Shown: positions 10,975 to 22,018, numbered from the stretch's first letter. The stretch: DNA of 64,000 nucleotides from a candidate division WOR-3 bacterium (GCA_037441285.1 JBBISL010000004.1:32001-96000); one strand, 5' to 3'. The notes: a model not told the origin generated them from the letters alone. Translations and numbers: made by a program.

Positions 10975-11444
10975 TTCCTCACCCCTTTTCGAGAAACCCT
11001 GCTTAACATCTCCTGCACCGTCATCCCCAGTATCGGATGTCGTAACCCTGGTGCCAGTTCGGCCAGAGGCACCAGCACAAATGCCCGCTCTGACAGCCGG
11101 GGATGAGGGACAATCAACTCGGGCGAAGAAAAAACCTCATCACCATAAAAAAGGAGGTCGATATCAATTGGACGGGGTTCTTTTTCACCACTCTTGTGCC
11201 GCACCCGGCCCAATCTTCTTTCAATTTCCTGGAGCACTTTAAAAAGTTCAAGGACCGGACGGTGGCTCCACAACCTGACTACACCATTAAGAAACAACGG
11301 CGCGCCCGGCATATCTACCGGTTCCGTCTCATACCAGGAGGAACGTTCGAGCGGACCCAATCTAATCAGTTCTGACAGCGCCCGTAACAGATTAACCTCC
11401 CGGACACCGAGATTCGTGCCCAGACTCAGAAACACTTCCTTCAC
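10959..11444 (-). CDS. folK: HPPK (6-hydroxymethyl-7,8-dihydropterin pyrophosphokinase)
   Basis: LSLGTNLG, YETEP, PRPIDIDLL, PHPRL.ERAFVLVPL. Confidence 0.96.
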   Translation of the reverse strand: MKEVFLSLGTNLGVREVNLLRALSELIRLGPLERSSWYETEPVDMPGAPLFLNGVVRLWSHRPVLELFKVLQEIERRLGRVRHKSGEKEPRPIDIDLLFYGDEVFSSPELIVPHPRLSERAFVLVPLAELAPGLRHPILGMTVQEMLSRVSRKGVRKWNND

Positions 11445-11451
11445 TAAAATA

Positions 11452-11479
11452 AGAGTAGAACAATCTCGGAAACTGTCAA
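11452..11479 (-). promoter_or_regulatory. promoter TTGACA-N16-TACTCT
   Basis: folK GTG 7 nt downstream. Confidence 0.6.
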
Positions 11480-11707
11480 CTAAGAACCTCTTGAATTCTC
11501 GGGTAATATTTTGCGCACATTTATTGCGCGCGGTCCCTGGGGTGTTTCCAGCAGCTCAAATTCAACTTCGTCATCAATTTCCAGTAAATCTTTTTTCCCG
11601 CCGTCCACATCAGCAAAATGGACAAACACACTGCGGCCATCATCTTTGGCTTGAATCATCCCGTAACCTTTATCAGAATCATACCACTTTACTCGACCTT
11701 TAAGCAT
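11480..11707 (-). CDS. Cold-shock domain protein
   Basis: GRVKWYDSDKGYG (RNP1), VFVHF (RNP2), GPRAINV. Confidence 0.93.
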   Translation of the reverse strand: MLKGRVKWYDSDKGYGMIQAKDDGRSVFVHFADVDGGKKDLLEIDDEVEFELLETPQGPRAINVRKILPENSRGS

Positions 11708-11751
11708 AGAACCCCTTTCGCTCTATTTAAAGAAATAAATCAACTAAGAAA

Positions 11752-11779
11752 ACTTTATTGAAATCTGCTTCGGTGTCAA
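11752..11779 (-). promoter_or_regulatory. csp promoter TTGACA-N16-TAAAGT
   Basis: Boxes about 45 nt upstream of the csp ATG. Confidence 0.6.
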
Positions 11780-11838
11780 GCGTTTTTCCCCCTCTTCGAT
11801 TCTTATTCTTACACTTCGTCATTTGCCCGGCTGTCCTA

Positions 11839-11866
11839 TTGACATCGTGTTCCTTCCTTCTATAAT
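11839..11866 (+). promoter_or_regulatory. promoter TTGACA-N16-TATAAT
   Basis: Perfect boxes; nnr ATG 8 nt downstream, no SD. Confidence 0.8.
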
Positions 11867-11874
11867 TTAATACT

Positions 11875-13419
11875 ATGATTCCACTTGTCCCCGGTTCCTT
11901 GATGAAACTAATCGACCAGAAGGCGATGGAAAGTTGGGGAATAAGTGGATTGGTGTTAATGGAAAATGCCGGGCGAGCAGTGGTCGACCACATTGAGGAA
12001 GAAACCGGCAGCGTGGCAGGAAAAAGGTTTGTCGTTGTCTGCGGTAAAGGTAATAATGGGGGCGATGGTTTTGTCATTACCCGCCATCTGCTAAATCGGA
12101 GGGCAAAAGTTGATTGCCTCCTGTTGGGGGAACTTGCTCAATTAAAGGGAGATGCGCGAACTAACGCCGCAATTCTGCAAAATGCCGGCATAACAATCCG
12201 GGAAGCAACCAAACTCGATGAAATATCACCAATCATCAGCACCGCCCCTTTTATCATCGACGCCATATTTGGAACCGGCCTCTCTGCGCCCCCGACCGGT
12301 ATCTTCGCCCAAACAATTCAACTCATTAATCAAAGCTCGGCTTATGTGATAAGTGTTGACCTTCCTTCCGGACTTGATGCCGACACCGGAAAGGTTTTTG
12401 AGCCCACGGTTAAAGCCCACCTTACGATAACGATGGGCGTGCCAAAGTTCGGCTTAATTCTTTACCCGGGAAAAAGTTTTACCGGAAAGTTACGCATCGC
12501 TGATATTGGAATACCGAAATCGCTAATTGAACAACAGGCAGATACCTTTTTAGTAACGGAATCGGACATCCGGCAAAACCTCCCGCCCCGACGCCCTGAT
12601 GGCCACAAAGGAACATTTGGGACATGTTTGGTGATTGCCGGTGCCCGCGGCTACTCGGGTGCTGCCTGCCTTACCGCAATGGCGGCGATACGCGCCGGTG
12701 CCGGATTGGTCCGTCTTGCCTTCCCTCAAAGCCTTGCCCCGATAATAGAGTCCCGGGCTCTTGAACCCGTGAAACATCCGCTTCCGGAAACCGCCGACGC
12801 AACGCTAAGCCTGGATGCTGCTTCCCCAATCCTTGACCTTGCCGCTAATGCTACCAGCATCGCTATCGGTCCAGGAATTTCTACCCATCGGGAAACAAAA
12901 AAGTTAATCCAGGAAATTCTACCCCGGCTCAGTAAACCGATGGTGATTGACGCTGATGGCATTAACAACCTCGCTGGTGCCGAAGATATCATCAAGCAGT
13001 GCACCGCGCCGCTTATCCTTACACCCCATCCCGGTGAACTCAGCCGATTAATCGGGATTACCCCGAATGAAATCAATACCCGGCGCATAGAAATTGCCCG
13101 GGAAACCGCTCGCCATTTCAATTGTGTGTTAGTTCTCAAGGGCGCACCAACTGCTATCGCAACACCACAGGGGAGGGTGTTTGTCAATACAACGGGAAAC
13201 TCCGGTTTAGGTTCCGGCGGCACCGGTGATGTTCTTACCGGATTGATTGCTGGATTACTGGCGCAGGGTGCCTCACCCCTTGACGCTGCTCTTATCGGTG
13301 TTTTTTTGCACGGTAAAACCGCAGATATCGCCGCCCAGGAGCTTACCGAATACTGTCTTACCGCCCGTGACCTTTTGCAATTTCTTCCCCGTGCCTTTGC
13401 CGAACTTGTTTTAGTTTGA
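11875..13419 (+). CDS. nnr: Bifunctional NAD(P)H-hydrate epimerase/dehydratase
   Basis: LMENAG, GKGNNGGDG, DAIFGTG, DLPSG, HKGTFG, DADG, TPHPGE, GGTGDVLTG. Confidence 0.96.
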   Translation: MIPLVPGSLMKLIDQKAMESWGISGLVLMENAGRAVVDHIEEETGSVAGKRFVVVCGKGNNGGDGFVITRHLLNRRAKVDCLLLGELAQLKGDARTNAAILQNAGITIREATKLDEISPIISTAPFIIDAIFGTGLSAPPTGIFAQTIQLINQSSAYVISVDLPSGLDADTGKVFEPTVKAHLTITMGVPKFGLILYPGKSFTGKLRIADIGIPKSLIEQQADTFLVTESDIRQNLPPRRPDGHKGTFGTCLVIAGARGYSGAACLTAMAAIRAGAGLVRLAFPQSLAPIIESRALEPVKHPLPETADATLSLDAASPILDLAANATSIAIGPGISTHRETKKLIQEILPRLSKPMVIDADGINNLAGAEDIIKQCTAPLILTPHPGELSRLIGITPNEINTRRIEIARETARHFNCVLVLKGAPTAIATPQGRVFVNTTGNSGLGSGGTGDVLTGLIAGLLAQGASPLDAALIGVFLHGKTADIAAQELTEYCLTARDLLQFLPRAFAELVLV

Positions 13420-14822
13420 TGTTCTCTCTTATCTCCCTCTTTTTAGCCCTTTTTTACGAACCCCGTTACTGGCTTGCCTATCCCGCACTCAACGAAGTCC
13501 GGTCTATAACCTTCAGCCCTCGCGCTGTATTCGTCGGAGTTCCCAATGGCATATATATCTTAGACCACAAAACTCTTACTCACCAGAAAACCATTACGGC
13601 ACTGGACGGTGTTGAAGGCGAAATCCAGCTCTGCGCCTACAACCCTGCCTACAATGAGTTGCTTATTGTCACTGACCTTCACCTCTATAACTTTCTCCCC
13701 CTCACGGGCCGCGTGCTTACCCTTAATCCGCCTTTCCAACAAACTCGTTCCATCGGCATAACCCGGCAGGGTGCCTATTTTGATACCGACCAGGGGCTCT
13801 TTCAGAAAGTACGTACTGCCGACCTTTATCAACCGGTTTCTACTGTACCCGAACCGGTTATCTGGTATGGAGACAAAGACACCTTTTCGCTTCGAAACTA
13901 CCCATTTCTCACCCCTTATTTTATTCCTGACGCCCAGTTAAACCCCTGTCCCTTCCTCAAAGCCTGGCACAACCCCTATGATAACCGGTTGTTTGTCTTC
14001 GCCCAGAACTACGGCATTCTTGTCTACAACGCCCGCACCGGTTGGAAAGAAACCGAAATCCGTATCGGGCCACTGATATCTAACATCGGCCGCATCTTGT
14101 CCGTGCAAGACAAAATGTTTTTTTTCAGCCCAGACCACTTCCTCACCCTTGATTCAGCTGGGAACTGGAACCTATTCTCCTCCGAACCCCAACAACTTTT
14201 CTCTTCCAGCTGGCAACCGTTTATTCGCTACTTATACCGGCTCAACCAGATAGAAAACATCACCGCCATCCTTATGCAAAACGGAGTCACCACCTTAATC
14301 GGAACCGAACACGGTGTTTACCGAATCGGTCCCGAAGAAAAATCCGCCTTTTTCCTCCCGACCGGCGCCACCGTAAATGCGCTTGCTCAGGTAAATGACT
14401 CAATAATTGTTGCAACCGGCAACGGTATGTTTCTCCTTATCAACGATAGTTTGACTTCGATTTCAGACCCGTTTGCCCGCAGTGACTGGGGCGTTTTTGC
14501 TATCACCGGTAATAATCGTAAAACATTCTTCGGCACTCAGGGGGGTGTCCTGGAACTGGATTCAAATAACACCTGGACCCATCTCATTCCACCGGGCTTT
14601 GACCTTTCCCAGCCGGTCCGGGCACTTGCCGCGGGCGACCGTTTTCTCTTTGTCGGTTCAAAAGACGGTATCGATGTTTACGACACAAAACACAACACCT
14701 GGACAAAAATCGTTCTACCTCCTCTTTTAGCGATAAAAGAGCTGTATGCTGATAACCGCTACCTGTGGCTGATTTTCCGGGAAATGGTTGCACGCTACGA
14801 ATACCGTTCCCAGTTACATTGA
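13416..14822 (+). CDS. Hypothetical secreted beta-propeller protein
   Basis: Hydrophobic N-terminus; repeated GTxxG blade-like motifs. Confidence 0.6.
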   Translation: MMFSLISLFLALFYEPRYWLAYPALNEVRSITFSPRAVFVGVPNGIYILDHKTLTHQKTITALDGVEGEIQLCAYNPAYNELLIVTDLHLYNFLPLTGRVLTLNPPFQQTRSIGITRQGAYFDTDQGLFQKVRTADLYQPVSTVPEPVIWYGDKDTFSLRNYPFLTPYFIPDAQLNPCPFLKAWHNPYDNRLFVFAQNYGILVYNARTGWKETEIRIGPLISNIGRILSVQDKMFFFSPDHFLTLDSAGNWNLFSSEPQQLFSSSWQPFIRYLYRLNQIENITAILMQNGVTTLIGTEHGVYRIGPEEKSAFFLPTGATVNALAQVNDSIIVATGNGMFLLINDSLTSISDPFARSDWGVFAITGNNRKTFFGTQGGVLELDSNNTWTHLIPPGFDLSQPVRALAAGDRFLFVGSKDGIDVYDTKHNTWTKIVLPPLLAIKELYADNRYLWLIFREMVARYEYRSQLH

Positions 14823-14831
14823 ACCGCCTCT

Positions 14832-15536
14832 ATGCCATTAAACCTACCAGTCCAGGCAATCATATTTGACCTGTTTCACACTCTAATATCTTTGCAACTG
14901 TCAAACGCACCCGGACCCGGCACCGCCGAACTGCTTGGTATCGACCCGGATGAATGGAACAAACACTGGCTTGCGGACCCTTCTGACTATGTCCTGGGCT
15001 TGGCCCCGATTGAGGTTCCGTTCCGCCGCATCGCCCGGTTGCTCAACCCTGAAGTCACCGAAGAGCAAATCCAGAAGACGCTTGAAATCCGGCGTCAGCG
15101 TTTTCGCCACGCCCTGCTTAATGTTGAGCCGGAAACAGTCGCCGGTTTAAAAGCCCTTCGTGCTTTGGGTTATAAGACCGGTCTCATCTCAAACTGTGGT
15201 TGGGACGAAATTGCCGCCTGGAACGATTCGCCCCTTGCTCCGCTATTTGAAACGGTCCTTTTCTCCTGCGAACTAAAACTAAAAAAGCCCGACCCGGCGA
15301 TTTACCACCTTGCCGCCCGTAATCTTGCCGTGCCCGCAGCGCACTGTTTATTTGTTGGTAACGGCGGTTCCCAAGAACTCACGGGCGCCCGCAACGCTGG
15401 TATGACACCGGTTCTTCTAACCCGTCACCTTGAAGTAATAAAACCGGAGCGGATTATCGATGTGCTACCCGAAGCGCGGATTGTCGTCCGCACGGTTAGC
15501 GACCTGATATTGATTTTAACTGGTAAACCAGTTTAA
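14832..15536 (+). CDS. HAD-superfamily hydrolase
   Basis: [34 protein letters not shown]. Confidence 0.85.
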   Translation: MPLNLPVQAIIFDLFHTLISLQLSNAPGPGTAELLGIDPDEWNKHWLADPSDYVLGLAPIEVPFRRIARLLNPEVTEEQIQKTLEIRRQRFRHALLNVEPETVAGLKALRALGYKTGLISNCGWDEIAAWNDSPLAPLFETVLFSCELKLKKPDPAIYHLAARNLAVPAAHCLFVGNGGSQELTGARNAGMTPVLLTRHLEVIKPERIIDVLPEARIVVRTVSDLILILTGKPV

Positions 15537-17950
15537 TCCTCAACCAGGGCGACATCAACAACCGCATCTCCCTTTTCCACCGCCATCACCTTTACCCCGG
15601 TTGTTGCCCGACCACACTTCCGGATTTCAGAACACTTCACCCGGATTACAATCCCCAGTTTTGAGGTAACAATTATCTCGGAAGTTTCGCTCACCGCCTT
15701 GGCACAGGCAAGACGGCCGGATTTTTCAACCGGCTTCGCCGCAATAACGCCTTTGCCCCCGCGCTTCTGGGTTGGGAACAGCTCGAAATCGGTGCGCTTA
15801 CCAAACCCGTTATCAAATATTGTTAACAGCGAACTACCCGGTGCACAAACCACCGCACCAATCACCTCATCACCCTTACCCAACTTAATTCCCCGAACCC
15901 CAGCCGCACTCCTGCCCATCTCCCGGACATCAGTTTCCTTGAACTTTATGCCCATACCATTTCTGGTCACCAGTAGAATTTCGTCCTTGCCCGAGGTCAA
16001 AAGCGTCGCAATCAACGCATCATTATTGTCGACCGTCATCGCAATAATACCCTTGCGCCGCGGATTCGAAAATGCCTCGAGGCTTGTCCGCTTAACAACC
16101 CCCTGGCGGGTGACAAAGAAAACATACTTATCAGCCGAGAACTCTCGCACCGCCACATAGGAAGTTGTCACCTCGCCCTTCTCCATTTCAACTAAATTGG
16201 CGATGGAACGCCCTTTTGAGGCGTAAGAACCCTCAGGAATTTCATACACCTTCTGCCAGTAACACCTTCCCCGGTCGGTAAAGAACATCATATAGTCGTG
16301 GGTTGAGGCGATGAACAACCCTTCAACAAAATCCTCTTCTGCCACCGGAACCCCAGTTCGTCCCTGGCCCCCGCGCCCCTGACGACGGTAAACACTCACC
16401 GGCATCCGTTTGATGTAACCACGATGCGTCACCGTCACCGCCATATCCTCTTCCTTGATTAAATCCTCTATCGAAACTTCGGCCGGTTTTTCAGCAAGAA
16501 TTTCGGTGCGCCGCTCATCTCCGAACCTCTGCTTCAACTCCAGTAACTCCTGCCGGATTTCTCCCATCATCAACTTCTTTGAACTCAAAAGGCTCTTCAA
16601 CCGGGCAATCTCTTTAATCAACTCCTTATACTCGGCATCAATCTTCTCCCTTTCCAGTCCGGTAAGCCGCGATAGCCGCATCTCAAGAATCGCATCCGCC
16701 TGGCGCTGCGAAAGTTTGAACTTATCCATCAAACCTCGCCGCGCCGTCTCCACATCCTTGGACCGCTTAATAAGTTCAATAACCGCATCAATACTCTTTA
16801 AGGCAATCTTCAAACCCTCAAGGATGTGTGCCCGTTCTTCCGCCTTTGCCAGTTCAAATTTGGTTCGCCGAGTAACAACCTCTAACCGAAATTCAAGAAA
16901 CTTCTCGAGCAACCATTTTAAGTTCAAAACCTTGGGTTCACCGTTGACCAGAACCAAAAGAATTGCCCCGAAACTGGACTCGAGCGGCGTCCACTTAAAC
17001 AGTTGATTCAACACCACCTCTTTCGGTGTCTCCTTCTTCAACTCGAGGACAATTCTCATCCCCTCCCGGTCAGACTCATCACGCAGGTCCGCAACCCCCT
17101 GAATCTTCTTCTCCCGCACCAGTTCGGCGATGCGTTCCACCAGCGCCGACTTATTCACCTGATAAGGAATTTCCGTAATCACCAGCCGGTCGCGGCCGGC
17201 CTTCACCTCTTCAAAGATTACCTTACCCCGAACGATAAAACTACCCCGTCCGGTTTCATAAGTTTGCTTTATCCCATCCAGCCCAACAACCGTTCCACCG
17301 GTGGGAAAGTCTGGACCTTTAACCCAGCGCATCAATTCACTTACCGTGATATCGGGATTGTCAATCAGGGCAACCAGCCCATCGATTAACTCCGTCAGAT
17401 TGTGCGGTGGAATACTCGTTGCCATTCCCACCGCAATCCCGGTAGCGCCATTGGCTAAAAGATTGGGAAACGCCGCCGGCAAAACAATCGGCTCTTTTAA
17501 CCTTTCGTCAAAATTGGGTTGGAAATCAACCGTATCCTTATCAAGGTCCCGGAGCAGTTCCATCGCCAGCGGTGCCAGCCGGGTTTCGGTGTACCGATAG
17601 GCGGCAGCCGCATCACCATCAATCGAACCAAAATTTCCCTGCCCCTGTACCAGGGGATAACGCAACGAAAAGTCCTGAGCCATCCGCACCAGAGCATCGT
17701 AAACCGCAGCATCACCATGCGGGTGATACTTACCAAGGACATCACCCACCACCGCGGCGGACTTTCGGAACGGACGATTAGGAAACAACCCCATCTCCTG
17801 CATCGTCCACAAAATCCGGCGCTGTACCGGTTTTAACCCATCCCTGACATCAGGCAGCGCCCGGGCAACAATAACCGACATTGCGTAATCCAGAAAGGAT
17901 TTACGCACCTCGTCTTCAATATATACCGGGATTACCGAATTGTCATTCAC
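15533..17950 (-). CDS. gyrA: DNA gyrase subunit A
   Basis: [33 protein letters not shown], GyrA-box QGRGGQG, pinwheel CTD. Confidence 0.97.
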   Translation of the reverse strand: MNDNSVIPVYIEDEVRKSFLDYAMSVIVARALPDVRDGLKPVQRRILWTMQEMGLFPNRPFRKSAAVVGDVLGKYHPHGDAAVYDALVRMAQDFSLRYPLVQGQGNFGSIDGDAAAAYRYTETRLAPLAMELLRDLDKDTVDFQPNFDERLKEPIVLPAAFPNLLANGATGIAVGMATSIPPHNLTELIDGLVALIDNPDITVSELMRWVKGPDFPTGGTVVGLDGIKQTYETGRGSFIVRGKVIFEEVKAGRDRLVITEIPYQVNKSALVERIAELVREKKIQGVADLRDESDREGMRIVLELKKETPKEVVLNQLFKWTPLESSFGAILLVLVNGEPKVLNLKWLLEKFLEFRLEVVTRRTKFELAKAEERAHILEGLKIALKSIDAVIELIKRSKDVETARRGLMDKFKLSQRQADAILEMRLSRLTGLEREKIDAEYKELIKEIARLKSLLSSKKLMMGEIRQELLELKQRFGDERRTEILAEKPAEVSIEDLIKEEDMAVTVTHRGYIKRMPVSVYRRQGRGGQGRTGVPVAEEDFVEGLFIASTHDYMMFFTDRGRCYWQKVYEIPEGSYASKGRSIANLVEMEKGEVTTSYVAVREFSADKYVFFVTRQGVVKRTSLEAFSNPRRKGIIAMTVDNNDALIATLLTSGKDEILLVTRNGMGIKFKETDVREMGRSAAGVRGIKLGKGDEVIGAVVCAPGSSLLTIFDNGFGKRTDFELFPTQKRGGKGVIAAKPVEKSGRLACAKAVSETSEIIVTSKLGIVIRVKCSEIRKCGRATTGVKVMAVEKGDAVVDVALVED

Positions 17951-17957
17951 GCTTTGA

Positions 17958-17985
17958 AATATACTCTCTCCGCCACCAAAGTCAA
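17958..17985 (-). promoter_or_regulatory. gyrA promoter TTGACT-N16-TATATT
   Basis: GTG 17950 is 7 nt downstream. Confidence 0.65.
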
Positions 17986-18068
17986 ATATCTTACACCGTT
18001 CTAAATGCCGAATTCAACAAGGGGATTAATAACCGGACCTTTTCCGATTTTCCTCGGAAACTCAGTTT

Positions 18069-18758
18069 TTAACGGAGGCGCGGCAATAACATCGCCACCC
18101 GCTGGAACTGGGCAAACTCAGACTTTAGTATCGGTGCTAATGCCTTTTCCTCATACCGTGCTTGAACTAAAATCAACGGCAGCCCCAAAACCCCTACCAG
18201 GAGCAACCCACCCCAGGAGTTGAAAATCAGTGCAATCCCGGTGAGCTGGACTAAACTACCAAGATATCGAGGGTGACGACAGACCTTTTGCCATTTAAGT
18301 TCTAAAAAACGCCGGGGAGAAAAAACGACCTCGCCGGTATTGGGCTTTATCTGGGCAATTTTAATCAATCCGAACAATGTTGCCAGTCTGATATACACAC
18401 CCAGGCCGAAAATCAAAAGTCCCAACACCCCGAAGATATAATGAGTTATCGGAAACTGGGTCAGGCGCCACCAGATAAAGTCGGCAACCACATAGCCGAT
18501 ATACGGATAAACAAAAAAGGCAAACACCCCCCGCCATAACGGTGAAGGCTCTACCACCCCGGACTGAAAAAAGGGCGAGCCAAAATAATACTCCACTGCC
18601 AGCCACAGGACAAAAAGATAAGCAAATATTATCGGAACAACCATCCGGTCCGGCACCGCATCGGAAAAGAAGCTGGTGAAAAACACCAGAAAATAAAGAC
18701 TGACAAGCACCGACCAAATGAGTCTGCCGCTTTTGAACTTTAAAACAAAACTGCTCAC
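18069..18758 (-). CDS. Isoprenylcysteine carboxyl methyltransferase (ICMT/PEMT) family membrane protein
   Basis: Multi-TM, RHPRYLG and YEEKAL motifs; GTG 18758 overlaps upstream TGA. Confidence 0.75.
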   Translation of the reverse strand: MSSFVLKFKSGRLIWSVLVSLYFLVFFTSFFSDAVPDRMVVPIIFAYLFVLWLAVEYYFGSPFFQSGVVEPSPLWRGVFAFFVYPYIGYVVADFIWWRLTQFPITHYIFGVLGLLIFGLGVYIRLATLFGLIKIAQIKPNTGEVVFSPRRFLELKWQKVCRHPRYLGSLVQLTGIALIFNSWGGLLLVGVLGLPLILVQARYEEKALAPILKSEFAQFQRVAMLLPRLR

Positions 18759-19966
18759 CTCTTCCCCTGTGCCTGAAGGATATCCCCGGCATACTCCCAC
18801 AACTGCCGGGAGGAAAGACGAAACCGTTTGTCTTGCGCTTCTTGATTTGTCTGCAAAACTTTTAGAGTTGTTACCACCTGGTACCGCTTGCGTGCCATAA
18901 TCCGCCTGCCGCGCAATCCAGAACGGGTTTCCATTACCAGTTTTCTGTCACTTTTCAGCAACCGATTTATCTGTTCGCCTTCAAGCTCTATCAATGCCAG
19001 CCTTCCCGGCTCAGAAAGTGCCGATAGCAGCTTCATTCGGGTAATTGTTCCCGGTAATATCGTGTCTCGGACAAAACCGGAACTGTCGTAAATAAAAAGG
19101 TCAGCCTCGCGTAATCCCAGATAACCATCAACTATCACCCGACTTAACACCCGGGGAGTAATCTTGACCCTTGTCTCAACAATCGGGTACGAGCCAATTG
19201 AATCCAGCACCATTCGCAACGAATCAACCGCCCGCGCTACTTTGGGTTCGGGTTCACCCATCTCCAAAGAAACGACCTCTTTTTTTACACTTTGGACCTT
19301 ACCATTGACCAGAACAAAATCATAGCGTAGCAACGCCCCATCCGCTGAATTCAAAAATACATCAAAACCCGAAACAGCGCCCGAATCTAATATAAGAAGC
19401 GCGGTCAAATCGGCTTTACTTTTTAGTAAGGTCAACAACTTCTGCCCTGCATAACCCGGCAGGGCAAATTTCACCCCTTTCAGGCGCAAGAGCACATCAG
19501 TTGAATCAAGAAATAGCCCGCTGATTGCCAGATTTATCCCGGCAATTTTCTTTATCATCCAGGGATGGACCAGGGGCAAATCAAAACTGTCGACCAGATT
19601 GTATGCCAGCACCCGAAACCGTGCCCGGTCCGTTAATTGCTTTGCCCGTTCCACGCCCAACTTCAACCAGCCTGGTGTTAAAAGCACCCCATCAACTCCG
19701 GCAAGAGAAAGTAAATCTATATTCGCCGCGCCATCGGTCAGGGGCGCAAACTTCTCGTCAAAAACCTCACCGGCAATAAACCATAAACAAGGACCTTCCT
19801 CTTTAGCCTGAGAAACCACCCGGCTGATAACCGGCAACTCTTCAATTTTGCAATCACCACTGACAAAGATGGAAAAGCTTTCTACCCTGACCGGTTTTGC
19901 CATCCGGGGTGCACAACCCGCAATGACCAAAATTGCCCCGATGAGAGCAAAAGATAAAAATCGCAC
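18755..19966 (-). CDS. Lipoprotein resembling a 5'-nucleotidase (degenerate metallophosphoesterase)
   Basis: Lipobox IAGC; ARFRVLAYNL, PWMIKKIAGINLAISG, SGFVRDTI.PGTIT, IELEGEQI resemble UshA/CpdB scaffold. Confidence 0.6.
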   Translation of the reverse strand: MRFLSFALIGAILVIAGCAPRMAKPVRVESFSIFVSGDCKIEELPVISRVVSQAKEEGPCLWFIAGEVFDEKFAPLTDGAANIDLLSLAGVDGVLLTPGWLKLGVERAKQLTDRARFRVLAYNLVDSFDLPLVHPWMIKKIAGINLAISGLFLDSTDVLLRLKGVKFALPGYAGQKLLTLLKSKADLTALLILDSGAVSGFDVFLNSADGALLRYDFVLVNGKVQSVKKEVVSLEMGEPEPKVARAVDSLRMVLDSIGSYPIVETRVKITPRVLSRVIVDGYLGLREADLFIYDSSGFVRDTILPGTITRMKLLSALSEPGRLALIELEGEQINRLLKSDRKLVMETRSGLRGRRIMARKRYQVVTTLKVLQTNQEAQDKRFRLSSRQLWEYAGDILQAQGKR

Positions 19967-19971
19967 AGCCG

Positions 19972-19999
19972 ATTATACCCTATCTCAATTTGGTGTCAA
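19972..19999 (-). promoter_or_regulatory. promoter TTGACA-N16-TATAAT
   Basis: Perfect boxes; GTG 19966 is 5 nt downstream. Confidence 0.8.
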
Positions 20000-20028
20000 G
20001 TGTAATGTAAGCCTGATACCTTTGCGAT

Positions 20029-20580
20029 GTATTAATAATGTTAGTACTTCAGATGCTTTTTGCTCAACCCTGAGAAGGAAATTGTATTCTTAGTTGTCCC
20101 CACTTCATCAAATCAACAACAATGGCAAAACGAGACTGGATTTTTATACCAACGGGCAGATGGAATTACCCCCTTCGACCGATAGATAGTGTGTGGTGCA
20201 TAATAGAGTTAATACCTGACAACGGAATAAAGCGAAGAGGGAAGCCGATATCATTGGCGTATTCAAAGCCAGCATATCCATCAAAAATCAGGGCAAAATT
20301 TGACCGGGATACTATCCCGGTAACGACCCTGTAGTCAACCCTATAATTAAATCTAACAATAGGGCAATTATTTGATAAAATGCAACTTACAATTGGGAAT
20401 TGAAATTGGAGCGTTAACCGTTTCAAATTTTTGGGTCTTAATAACAAGAGCCTCTGGCTGAGTTTTCTCTCACTATACGCAACACCAGCCAACTAACTAT
20501 ATCCGTTGCCTGCTATCCCCGGTCTTTTAATCAACATTGCCGAACTAATTCCCCCTATATATATGATGCCATTACAACCT
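20029..20580 (+). pseudogene. Possible decayed gene remnant
   Basis: About 550 bp without a long ORF in a gene-dense window; signal-like VLIMLVLQMLFAQP* in frame with the 20122-20334 ORF. Confidence 0.25.
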
Positions 20581-20592
20581 CAATTTGCTCGC

Positions 20593-20620
20593 TTGACTTT
20601 GGTTCAGCGTTTTTTATAGT
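20593..20620 (+). promoter_or_regulatory. tRNA-Gln promoter TTGACT-N16-TATAGT
   Basis: 10 nt upstream of tRNA. Confidence 0.7.
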
Positions 20621-20630
20621 ATTTATTCAC

Positions 20631-20702
20631 TGGGGGATCGTCTAACTGGCAGGACGGCTGGCTCTGGACCAGCTAGTCGGGGTTCGAATCCCTGTCCCCC
20701 AG
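20631..20702 (+). tRNA. tRNA-Gln(CTG), CCA not encoded
   Basis: Acceptor TGGGGGA/TCCCCCA, anticodon arm GCTGG-CTCTGGA-CCAGC, T-loop TTCGAAT. Confidence 0.96.
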
Positions 20703-20710
20703 TATTTTTG

Positions 20711-22018
20711 CTAAAATCGATACCGAACCCCAAAAAATATTTCATCCACCCTGTTGAGCGGCGCGAATGCTGAACCATTACCACCATTAAATACCATTCC
20801 ACCCAGGTCAATCTCAAGACCATCTACCGGCAGAAAACGGATTAGGGGAACCAATCCCAATGACCTCTTTTTTAAATCAACCACTCCACTCAGCCGGGTC
20901 AACACCCTATCGGCAAACAATTTGCGTTCCACCGCGCCCAGAATAAAATCCTTCATCCATTCCTTTTGTAACCGTGCCAGGGGAAAATCGCCGTGTAGAT
21001 ACTGAAGGTTGAGATAAAACCCGGCAACAGAGTAATCAAAACCACCAATAACCGAGAGTTCGTCCTTAACCAGTGTATCGTTATAAAAGGCATATGCCGC
21101 TTCAGCCCAGAGCCCAACCCCAAAAAGGTTCCCTGCTATTTCTGCGCCCACCACCTTCTTCTCCGGAAACCACTGCCTTAGAACAAAATCCAACCGCTGC
21201 CCTATCACATCGATGTTCGTTACCGGCTGTGCTGCTGGTAAAAAGTCATAGCCCCGTAAAAAGCTCAGGGCAAGGTCAAAGTTTCCCAGATGGCTTTTTA
21301 ATCTTCCACCCCAGGTAATATCCCGGAAATTTCTTCCGGGCAGTTTTATCTCTTCCTGCGCCGTTATCGTATAAGCATTGGCAACCTGCCACGCGGTAAC
21401 AGAATCTAAACCCTGTCGGATGAACTCTTCCACCAAACCGTAACGCAGTTGCTCAATATCCGGCAGAACCGCGACTGAAAACCATTCAGGTGAGGTTGCC
21501 ACTGCCGGCTCAAAAATCGGTTTTGCACCGAGTTCTATTCCGAAGGCACTAACCGGCATATAGCTGAGATGAACCATCCATACTGGTCGCCGTTCATCCC
21601 AGACCAGAGGGTCCGAATAGTCCGGAGTGGTGAAATTGTCCGTAGGATTAACCGCATCGGCTGTGCCCCAATGAACCTTTTGCCGTCCTGCCGTCAAATT
21701 CAACCCGGGCAAAATGTCATAAATCCGGACAAATACCTCGTCAAGCATCAGAGATACCGGCTCCAGTTTACTGGCATCGCTCAAATCAGAAGCACCAGTT
21801 AAAAATGGATAACCGTTTGTTTTAACCGTCACTCCCAGCTTTGTCTCGAACCGGTCTGAAGTAACCGGCACAAAAGTTAAACTCGCCCGGGTAGAAAACC
21901 AGGTAAACTTTGTGCTGTCTTTGCCACTAAATCTAAGATGTGCCCTGGTCCCCAAATCGCCCTGGATTGAAACCTGCGTTACAACCAGGATGTTCAGTAA
22001 AATTGCGCCGATGCCCAT
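20711..22018 (-). CDS. Outer-membrane beta-barrel protein (DUF1302-like)
   Basis: Signal peptide, GRQKVHWG.AD..NPTD, alternating strands, terminal YRF. Confidence 0.75.
   Translation of the reverse strand: MGIGAILLNILVVTQVSIQGDLGTRAHLRFSGKDSTKFTWFSTRASLTFVPVTSDRFETKLGVTVKTNGYPFLTGASDLSDASKLEPVSLMLDEVFVRIYDILPGLNLTAGRQKVHWGTADAVNPTDNFTTPDYSDPLVWDERRPVWMVHLSYMPVSAFGIELGAKPIFEPAVATSPEWFSVAVLPDIEQLRYGLVEEFIRQGLDSVTAWQVANAYTITAQEEIKLPGRNFRDITWGGRLKSHLGNFDLALSFLRGYDFLPAAQPVTNIDVIGQRLDFVLRQWFPEKKVVGAEIAGNLFGVGLWAEAAYAFYNDTLVKDELSVIGGFDYSVAGFYLNLQYLHGDFPLARLQKEWMKDFILGAVERKLFADRVLTRLSGVVDLKKRSLGLVPLIRFLPVDGLEIDLGGMVFNGGNGSAFAPLNRVDEIFFGVRYRF

Noticed and set aside
20166..20492. 108-aa minus-strand ORF
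   Set aside because: TTG start, no SD or promoter, no recognisable motif
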